This document shows positions 57,346 through 64,000 of a stretch of DNA of 64,000 bases, in pieces. The position numbers and the translations under genes are program-made. Under the pieces are notes generated by a model. It was not told the DNA's origin, did no database searches, and saw nothing but the letters and a program-made list of their open reading frames with translations. Within the stretch, counting starts at the first letter, position 1; each line of letters begins with the position of its first letter. The DNA lies in the NCBI GenBank assembly GCA_041736305.1, contig JBGSTX010000334.1, forward strand, positions 1 through 64,000, written 5' to 3'. The DNA comes from Oligoflexus sp. Its GTDB lineage: Bacteria; Bdellovibrionota_B; Oligoflexia; Oligoflexales; Oligoflexaceae.

Positions 57346-58548
57346 TCACAAATCTATGCTGCAGAGGTTATAGCGACCTGACGAAGACCCAGGGCCTTTG
57401 GAAAGAAGATAAAACTCCTCGGAAGGCTCATGATAGAAAGCCTGGTAAAAAGATGAGCCTTCTTTGAAGGTTCCAGCATATCCTTTAGGCTTAGCTTCCT
57501 TATCGACAACGGAATAAAGGGCTACGGTTAACTCATGATCGAGCCATTGTGGAAGGAGCAGATACTCACCCTTGGGACCTTGTGTGAGCAAAGGCTGAGC
57601 GACGTGCACCTTTGAAAGCGGCAAACTTATCTGGACCTCCCTGGTGAAGGGCTTAACCTTGCTCAAGCGTGCAATATCTATAGAAGCGTTTTCCCATAGA
57701 AGAGAATCACCCTTGATCATGGCTATTAAGGCATGATCGTAGGCTTCGCTATATGACCAGCTTTCCACCCGACCTTTATCATCGAGTTCGAAGGGCCGCT
57801 CTTTTGAATTCGCTCGCCAACTAATTACGTGATGCCGGGGCTCACTTTTCACTTTGTCAGACGTACCCCGATCGAGCCAAAGAATTTGGCTAACACCCTG
57901 GCTATCGTTGAACATTCCAGCTTGCCCGATCACGTTGGGAGCCAACTCCGGCTTGATGCGAAGGCCTCCCTTTCCCCCTGTGTCTATTTCAATCTGCTGG
58001 TAGGGCTGATCATCCATGGCCTCGTCATTTTTTTCTTCACGGATGAGTGCTCGCAGCACCCCTTTTTCCAGGGTCCAAGGACCCAATTCCCAGCTACCTT
58101 TACTGTCGATCACATTTTGGAGGAGGACAGCGTTATTAGTCAGATCGCGGACCTGCAGGACTGCCTGATCCTTATCTTTAGTCTTGAGAACGAAGATGGG
58201 ATTTTGTCCGGAGATACCAGCCCCTAAAAAAGTCGCGTCCTGACTGACGGGTAACGGGACCAAGCGCTCTTCTTCGAGTTGGCCGAGGGAAGCGAAAGGC
58301 AGATGATAGAGACTTTTGACTCCGCGACGACTCGTGACCTCAAGTATAAGCGACGGTCCAAGGCTCGGTATTACGTGAACGCGATCAATTCTTAGATCAT
58401 CGGGTTTCAGAGGTAAGTCCTTGCAACTTAGGCTATCCGCCTCCTGGAGAGCAGACCACTCCGACTTGAGCTGTCCCCTACCCCAGTGCGAGCAGGCTGT
58501 TGTGGATGCAAGTACGACGAACACTGGCACAGCAAATCTCAGCTTCAT
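57346..58548 (-). CDS. Hypothetical lipoprotein (beta-rich)
   Basis: MKLRFAVPVFVVLASTTAC lipoprotein signal; long ORF. Confidence 0.7.
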   Translation of the reverse strand: MKLRFAVPVFVVLASTTACSHWGRGQLKSEWSALQEADSLSCKDLPLKPDDLRIDRVHVIPSLGPSLILEVTSRRGVKSLYHLPFASLGQLEEERLVPLPVSQDATFLGAGISGQNPIFVLKTKDKDQAVLQVRDLTNNAVLLQNVIDSKGSWELGPWTLEKGVLRALIREEKNDEAMDDQPYQQIEIDTGGKGGLRIKPELAPNVIGQAGMFNDSQGVSQILWLDRGTSDKVKSEPRHHVISWRANSKERPFELDDKGRVESWSYSEAYDHALIAMIKGDSLLWENASIDIARLSKVKPFTREVQISLPLSKVHVAQPLLTQGPKGEYLLLPQWLDHELTVALYSVVDKEAKPKGYAGTFKEGSSFYQAFYHEPSEEFYLLSKGPGSSSGRYNLCSIDL

Positions 58549-58619
58549 AAGAGCCCTTACTCTCGACTCAAGAATGTCGCAAAAGTGACGATAGCTTATT
58601 ACATGTGTGAGGTTATTGT

Positions 58620-58949
58620 ATGCGATCATGGAAGATCCTCCAAAGCCTTTTCTTTTCCAGTTGGGCTCTGGCTTTTACGGGCTGTCAGACGATTCTGCTC
58701 CCTGAGGCGGTGGTGCCAGTGGCACTGCCTTATATTAAAAATTCTGCCAACGAATGTTATTATCTTGATGAATTCATGCCGGTTCCCGATGCGATGGTAA
58801 CTGGCGAGGCGGGGGCGATGCGCCTGCGTTACTACACTTACAAGCTCGCCAATTACAAGGATTGGGACAAGCGGGAGATTGTTCTCTCTTTTTATTCACG
58901 CAATGAAAAATGCTGGTCTCTTTTTGAAGAGTATTACATCGTTCGCTAA
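58620..58949 (+). CDS. Hypothetical small lipoprotein
   Basis: Signal peptide ending FTGC; 109 aa. Confidence 0.6.
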   Translation: MRSWKILQSLFFSSWALAFTGCQTILLPEAVVPVALPYIKNSANECYYLDEFMPVPDAMVTGEAGAMRLRYYTYKLANYKDWDKREIVLSFYSRNEKCWSLFEEYYIVR

Positions 58950-59037
58950 AGCCGCTGCTCATGTTCTTCGTGGTTTAAATCCTTCGTTATCTCGCCCATT
59001 TGAGATACAATAGAAAAGAACTAAAAAGGAGCGTCCG

Positions 59038-60171
59038 GTGAGATCTGCGAACGTCGTGCGCCTCGCGCTTGCACTTGGGTCTAGCTGCGTCCTACAAGCC
59101 TGTATCACTCTCGAGGCTCCGAAAGCAGTTATCGTTCCACCGCCTCCTGCCTCCCTAGCTCCGCAAAGCCAAGGTAATCATCAGCGGCAGGTCCCCGACC
59201 CTCAGGCAGCGGCAAAAGCAGCAGCTTCGGCCGCTGCTTTGGTTGAACAAGCTAATCAGTATGCTCGAGACGGTCTCTATCGTGAGGCTATTTCGGCTTT
59301 CAAAAAATATTTGGTAGATAATCCTAAAGATGCGGGTGCTCACCGAACTCTAGGCATTATTTATGTAAAAACTGGGGCTTACAAGCTATCTCTAACTCAC
59401 TTTCTGGAAGCTCTGCCCAACTTCCCAGATAACTTCGAACTCAATTATTATGTAGCGGAAGCTTACCGTACGCAAAATCGCTATGCAGACGCCATCTACC
59501 ATTACAAAAGGGCTCTGCAAACCGATCCCAAAAGTATGCCTGCCCTCAAGGCCCTGACTTGGAGCTACTACAGCATCCGCTATTACGCAGAGGCGCTTAA
59601 ATCATCACGGCAGCTCAAAAAGCTTGAGCCAAATGATTTTCAAGTTTCTATTATTCAAGCCCGCATTATGAATAAAATTGGCATGAATGATAAAGCTCTG
59701 ACTATTCTCAATAAGGCCGAGGCCCTCTCTACTCCTGACGAAGTCGCCTACCTGTTTAGTGTCAAAGGCGATATCTACTTGGATCAAGGTGAAAGCGAAA
59801 AGGCCGAGCAAGCTTACCGTCGAGCACTTCAGGATCAGCCTTTGCTTCCTGGTGCTCTCACCGGCCTAGCTAAAAAAATGTTAAATGAGGATAGAGGTCG
59901 CGAACTGGCCATTACTTATCTCGAGCGGGCCGTTCGAGTTAGACCGAGTCATTACGAAGCTTTTTATCTTTTAGGCCGCGCCTATGAGAAGACGGACTCT
60001 AAGAAGGCTAATGAGTACTATCGGCAATTCTACAAGGAAGCTTCCTATGACCCACTTTTCCAGCGCGAAGTAGCTCAGCTTCGCAGTAGGTTTTCAGATG
60101 ATGAAAAGAAAAAGGGTTTGGAAGCTGCTGCCCCCCCAACACGCGCTGAGGATCTCGAAGATCAACTCTGA
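59038..60171 (+). CDS. TPR-repeat lipoprotein
   Basis: LQAC lipobox; repeated A...LG..Y...G....A...F/Y.RAL...P motifs; AGGAG RBS. Confidence 0.85.
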   Translation: MRSANVVRLALALGSSCVLQACITLEAPKAVIVPPPPASLAPQSQGNHQRQVPDPQAAAKAAASAAALVEQANQYARDGLYREAISAFKKYLVDNPKDAGAHRTLGIIYVKTGAYKLSLTHFLEALPNFPDNFELNYYVAEAYRTQNRYADAIYHYKRALQTDPKSMPALKALTWSYYSIRYYAEALKSSRQLKKLEPNDFQVSIIQARIMNKIGMNDKALTILNKAEALSTPDEVAYLFSVKGDIYLDQGESEKAEQAYRRALQDQPLLPGALTGLAKKMLNEDRGRELAITYLERAVRVRPSHYEAFYLLGRAYEKTDSKKANEYYRQFYKEASYDPLFQREVAQLRSRFSDDEKKKGLEAAAPPTRAEDLEDQL

Positions 60172-60181
60172 GTAATCCCGC

Positions 60182-60649
60182 TTAGAGCAGCTTCATCTCC
60201 TCTTTTTGAAAGCTGAGAAGACTGCGCCGAGCATCAAAGAGATTCTTGTAGGAATCGTAGCGGACCTTTAACCGATCGCATTCGCGCCTAGCCTCAAGAA
60301 GCTTTTCTAGAAATTCCAAGTATTCGACGTCGGTTTCGGTCAGGCGTTTGAGTTTAGCTTCACTCAAATTACCGTCATCAAGACGTAGCGATATGCGGGC
60401 ACGGATCGTTGGCTTTAATAGGTCAAAATATTCAGCTTTTTTCTTAGCCTCGACGTACGCTAGACCGACCTTATTGGCAATGTGAACAATCTCCTCGAGA
60501 CCTAATTTATCCCAGGACTTACCTTCGGGGCTGTGTCCTGTTTTGTCACTGGCAGTCACACTTCTACTCTTTTCTAGGCCTCGCCCAGCGAAGCTTTTTT
60601 GATTAAAAACCCGCGTGTCGCTCCAGATTCGCCTACTTTGTCCGGACAC
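60182..60649 (-). CDS. Hypothetical coiled-coil protein
   Basis: Helical ORF ending RRSLLSFQKEEMKLL; start uncertain. Confidence 0.65.
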   Translation of the reverse strand: MSGQSRRIWSDTRVFNQKSFAGRGLEKSRSVTASDKTGHSPEGKSWDKLGLEEIVHIANKVGLAYVEAKKKAEYFDLLKPTIRARISLRLDDGNLSEAKLKRLTETDVEYLEFLEKLLEARRECDRLKVRYDSYKNLFDARRSLLSFQKEEMKLL

Positions 60650-60766
60650 TTCAAGTCGAGACCTTAAGAACTTTCAAATTTTTTCCCTTGCTAGGAACCA
60701 ACGAGCTGAAACTTCATCAAATTTAAGGAAATAATTCCCTTATTTTACTTTATAAAATTTTCTGCT

Positions 60767-60793
60767 TCAGTTTTTTCTCATCCTTACCGATAG
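60767..60793 (+). promoter_or_regulatory. Sigma28-like promoter of the 60848-62109 gene pair
   Basis: TCAG-N15-ACCGATAG. Confidence 0.45.
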
Positions 60794-60847
60794 GGAAACA
60801 GGTCCTTCGAACCTGCCAATATGGCAATTTCGGCAGAGGTTATTGTT

Positions 60848-61456
60848 ATGGGCGATGTCTCTCTCTTAAGTCCTCGAGACTTTTTTCGCGAACAGATCTG
60901 CACAGCAGCATCCGACCTTCGGATGGAGCTGGACGAGCACCTCGAATTTTACCTTGTTAACCTGCTCTGTGAATTTATAAATCCAGCACAGCTTCAGATC
61001 GATGAAAGTATGGATGTGCTCGATACACCCCTTGCGCTCATCCTTAAAAAAGCTCTTGAATCCACTCCGAGCACTCAAATTAAGGTCTATAAACGCCTAG
61101 GAGATACAAGCCTATACGTTGCGGGATATTTTCAAGATTTCTTTAATCGTCGCACCTACGACGCAGACTATTATATCGCGATGGGAGTTGCCGCCTATGA
61201 GAGAACTTCCGTTCTGATGCGGAACCATCGAAACGATGTTCATTTCGCGAGTATTTACGCGGAACTCTCCCAGGAATTCAGAAAGTTGGTAGCCATCATT
61301 GGCAACGTCTCTGAATCTATTAGCCCGGCTCGTCCTCGCGACCTGATTTCGACCTTTACCCGTTGGCAGCAAACGCCTTCGGAGAAACTTCGCAAGGAAC
61401 TTGAAGAGTTAGGCCTGAGTTTACCGCGCACTCTGGCGAAAGACACTCCTTCATGA
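60848..61456 (+). CDS. Conserved hypothetical protein
   Basis: E.YLVNLL, PLAL, LGD.SLY.AG.F, D.DYYI.MG..AY; AGAGG RBS (alternative start 60821). Confidence 0.75.
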   Translation: MGDVSLLSPRDFFREQICTAASDLRMELDEHLEFYLVNLLCEFINPAQLQIDESMDVLDTPLALILKKALESTPSTQIKVYKRLGDTSLYVAGYFQDFFNRRTYDADYYIAMGVAAYERTSVLMRNHRNDVHFASIYAELSQEFRKLVAIIGNVSESISPARPRDLISTFTRWQQTPSEKLRKELEELGLSLPRTLAKDTPS

Positions 61457-62109
61457 GTGCTCTGAAGAGCATGATTATTCAGGTTGAAGAGGATCTCGCC
61501 CGCTCCTATGGGTTCCGTATCAATACTTCCGCCAGCGACTGCCTCCTACCACCAGAAGCAGCTAGCAGGCTCAAAGCAGGTGAGCGGGCAGCCGTGCTGG
61601 TCTACGAAGAAGCTGGTAGCGATGAGCTAGAACTCGGTGTCTATCTGCATCCACAAATTATGGAAGAACTGCAGTCATCTGACTTGTTGCGCAACCTGAA
61701 ACTTGAAAATCTCGATGTTTTCTGTGTTCTTATTGAGGAGATAAGTCATTTTCATTTAGTTGCCAATCGAGCAATCAAAGGCCAAGGAGTAAGCCGCCTC
61801 GAACTCGAGTGGCAAGGAGAGGTGGATAAGGTCCTGCTCGCGGGAAGCTATCTCTTGGCTCAAACGGGTCAATCCTATTTACTTCAGCTAGCTCACCTTA
61901 TCTTCGATCGATCTCAGTGTTACTCGGCTCAGGTAGCGCTTTACGATGAAGCTCTTTTTTATGCAGCTAGACATTGGTATCAGCTCATCGCCGATCTAAA
62001 GTCACATGACGCTAGAGAGCAATTGTGCTTGGCTCGAGATGCTTTTCGCGGCACCTACCACCTCCATTGGTCAGACAAGCTTAGTGCTCTTCAAAGAAGG
62101 CGCAAATAA
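61453..62109 (+). CDS. Conserved hypothetical protein with an EExSH motif
   Basis: LIEEISHF, SRLELE.Q.EVDK; ATGA-coupled to the upstream gene. Confidence 0.75.
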   Translation: MSALKSMIIQVEEDLARSYGFRINTSASDCLLPPEAASRLKAGERAAVLVYEEAGSDELELGVYLHPQIMEELQSSDLLRNLKLENLDVFCVLIEEISHFHLVANRAIKGQGVSRLELEWQGEVDKVLLAGSYLLAQTGQSYLLQLAHLIFDRSQCYSAQVALYDEALFYAARHWYQLIADLKSHDAREQLCLARDAFRGTYHLHWSDKLSALQRRRK

Positions 62110-62112
62110 TGT

Positions 62113-62146
62113 AAAACCCTCCGATTTTTGCAAATCAGAGGGCTTA
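62113..62146. terminator. Hairpin between the convergent 61453 gene and gltA
   Basis: CCCTC-C-GATTT-TTGC-AAATC-A-GAGGG, preceded by an A run. Confidence 0.55.
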
Positions 62147-62168
62147 AACAGGAAAAAACTAAGCTACT

Positions 62169-63476
62169 TTAGGTACGGCTATTGACCGGCTTATAAGTGC
62201 GAGCCACAGGACCAGTATAGATCTGCCTTGGGCGACCAATCTTGGTGTCCTTAGATTCCGCCATCTCTTTCCACTGAGCCAACCAACCTGGAAGACGCCC
62301 TAGAGCGAACATCACGGTAAACATATTAGTCGGTATATTGAGGGCCTTATATATGATCCCCGAATAGAAATCGACATTAGGGTAGAGCTTGCGTTCGACG
62401 AAATAGGGATCCTTAAGAGCTTCTTCCTCAAGACCTTTAGCTATGTCTAAGAGAGGGTCTTGAATTTTCAGCTTCTTCAGTACTGCGTCACACGACTGCT
62501 TAATAATCCTCGCCCGGGGATCGAAGTTCTTATAAACGCGGTGCCCAAAACCCATCAGACGGAAATTGTCATTTTTATCTTTGGCCTTTTGGATAAACTT
62601 TTTATAACCCCCGCCATCGGCCTGAATCTCTTGTAACATTTCAATTACAGCTTGATTCGCACCACCGTGCAAAGGTCCCCAGAGAGCACTCACACCAGCG
62701 GCTATAGAGGCATAAAGATTCGCTTTTGACGAGCCAACCAATCGGACCGTCGACGTCGAACAGTTTTGCTCATGGTCGGCATGCAAAATCAAAAGTACGT
62801 TGAGTGCTTGGGCGACTTCTGGATCCGGAACTTTTCCATGCATCATCTGCAAGAAATCAGAGCAGTAGTCATATTTTTGGGGCTGAGAGTCGACCAGCGC
62901 TTCCTTGCGACCTGCACGATAGGTATACGCCGCAAAGTTTTTAACCTGAGCCATAAGCTGGGCCATGACCGTAGTTGCTTTGGCCTCACTGAGATCTTGG
63001 TCGAGATATTCAGGATAGTAAGCTGACATAGCTGCAAGGACGCTGGCCAGTACACCCATGGGATGGGCATCACGAGGAAAAGCCTGAATCATAGACTTCA
63101 ATTCAGGTTTGCTGGTCGCATGCTCATTGATCTGTCGGTTGAAGTTTTTAATTTGCTCCGCAGTGGGCAGTTCACCGTAGATCAGCAGATAGGCAACTTC
63201 CATAAAGTTTGATTTTTCTGCAAGCTCTTCAATGGGGTACCCACGGTAGCGAAGAATGCCTCGTTCACCATCGAGAAAGGTGATGGATGAGGTGCACGCT
63301 GCCGTATTCATAAAGCCGTGGTCAAGCGTCACGAGGCCCGTGTCCTGGCGAAGCTTGTTGATATCGAGCGCCAGTTCGCCTTCGCTACCTTCCAAAACCG
63401 AAAGTTCGAGGGTCCGATTGTTGTAGATAAGGTCCGCAGAGTTCTTGGTCATGGGCACATGTCTCGCTACTGTCAT
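62169..63476 (-). CDS. gltA: Citrate synthase
   Basis: LRYRGY.IE, HADHEQNCST, GPLHGGAN, MGFGHRVYKNFDPRA, YPNVDFYSG, IGRPRQ.Y.G. Confidence 0.97.
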   Translation of the reverse strand: MTVARHVPMTKNSADLIYNNRTLELSVLEGSEGELALDINKLRQDTGLVTLDHGFMNTAACTSSITFLDGERGILRYRGYPIEELAEKSNFMEVAYLLIYGELPTAEQIKNFNRQINEHATSKPELKSMIQAFPRDAHPMGVLASVLAAMSAYYPEYLDQDLSEAKATTVMAQLMAQVKNFAAYTYRAGRKEALVDSQPQKYDYCSDFLQMMHGKVPDPEVAQALNVLLILHADHEQNCSTSTVRLVGSSKANLYASIAAGVSALWGPLHGGANQAVIEMLQEIQADGGGYKKFIQKAKDKNDNFRLMGFGHRVYKNFDPRARIIKQSCDAVLKKLKIQDPLLDIAKGLEEEALKDPYFVERKLYPNVDFYSGIIYKALNIPTNMFTVMFALGRLPGWLAQWKEMAESKDTKIGRPRQIYTGPVARTYKPVNSRT

Positions 63477-63523
63477 TGTATTCTCCCGTCACAAATCACA
63501 AAGGGCACACGGCCACATCAGAG

Positions 63524-63550
63524 ATATCGGAACGGGATGAATAAAATTAA
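63524..63550 (-). promoter_or_regulatory. Sigma28-like promoter (gltA)
   Basis: TTAA-N15-TCCGATAT, 47 nt before the gltA ATG. Confidence 0.45.
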
Positions 63551-63597
63551 ATGAAATCGAATCCTAGTGAAAAGCCATCTTCAAAACAGGGTGTAAT

Positions 63598-64000
63598 TTA
63601 TGGCAGCGATCCCTGTCTAAATTTCTCTAACCAGAGCGCACCATCCTTGAGGCCTCTGGACTGTAAATCGATTTGGAGTTTTACCAAACGCTGAGCGCCA
63701 TCACTTCGTTCCAACAAGTCGCGGGCATCTTCTTCCGCGCGCGGATAGTCACGGGCCTCGAGCGCAATAGCCAAGCGCTCGGTGCGAGCTTCCATATCAT
63801 CGGGCGCCAGTTCTAGAAGTCGGCTGAGATAGTAGTATTTTTCCTCAATCCTATCTGCAGCCTGAATGGCGCTTTGTAGCCGGTATAGCACGTAGCGAGG
63901 TGAACTGCCAACCGCACTACCACCAATCAGAACGAATCCCAGTAGCCCAGCTATCAACCAACCCTGTCGTGGCGCAGCGGGCATCAATCGATTTGCCTTC
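63598..64000 (-). CDS. Membrane protein with a TPR-like C-terminus (5' end possibly beyond the window)
   Basis: TM segment followed by L.RLLELAPDD.EA; the frame stays open from 63987 to the window end. Confidence 0.55.
   Translation of the reverse strand, partial: KANRLMPAAPRQGWLIAGLLGFVLIGGSAVGSSPRYVLYRLQSAIQAADRIEEKYYYLSRLLELAPDDMEARTERLAIALEARDYPRAEEDARDLLERSDGAQRLVKLQIDLQSRGLKDGALWLEKFRQGSLP

Noticed and set aside
1462-63554. Numerous 60-195 aa antisense or alternate-frame ORFs (for example 7964-8533, 29308-29895, 41620-42177)
   Set aside because: They overlap well-supported genes and show no recognisable motifs; treated as shadow ORFs.
1-64000. CRISPR array, IS elements, rRNA or prophage
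   Set aside because: I saw no regularly spaced repeats, transposase or integrase ORFs, rRNA-like sequence or phage structural genes.

Overview
Core-genome-like 64 kb bacterial window. Its gene content and protein style suggest Bdellovibrionota/Oligoflexia (inference). It holds about 55 CDS and two tRNAs (Phe-GAA and Leu-GAG flanking secG); I found no CRISPR array, integrase, transposase or prophage. Recognisable loci: a GldA/F/G-type ABC exporter plus DUF4340, ihfA, PduO-type cobalamin adenosyltransferase, pilB-pilT-pilC, kdsA, tandem DUF3015 genes with a DUF4105 (Lnb-like) gene, queG, aroE, ribF, ppk1-ppx-holA, map, yacG, cyoE, a GHMP kinase-ferredoxin-Slt operon, rnhB-yraN, alkB, rplS, scpA-meaB and gltA. 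The best candidate novel system is a coupled two-gene module at 47247-50187: a PhcB-like SAM methyltransferase (a methyl-ester autoinducer synthase family) followed by a 6-TM receptor fused to a class III nucleotidyl cyclase with non-canonical specificity residues. This would be a putative quorum-sensing circuit with cyclic-nucleotide rather than histidine-kinase output. Also notable: a recurring sigma28-like promoter motif ahead of pilB and several non-flagellar genes, a possible DUF3015/DUF4105 lipidation module, an uncharacterised gene pair at 60848-62109, possible non-canonical start codons, and an apparent ~6 kb inversion breaking rplS-rnhB-yraN. All family calls come from motif recognition, not database searches.
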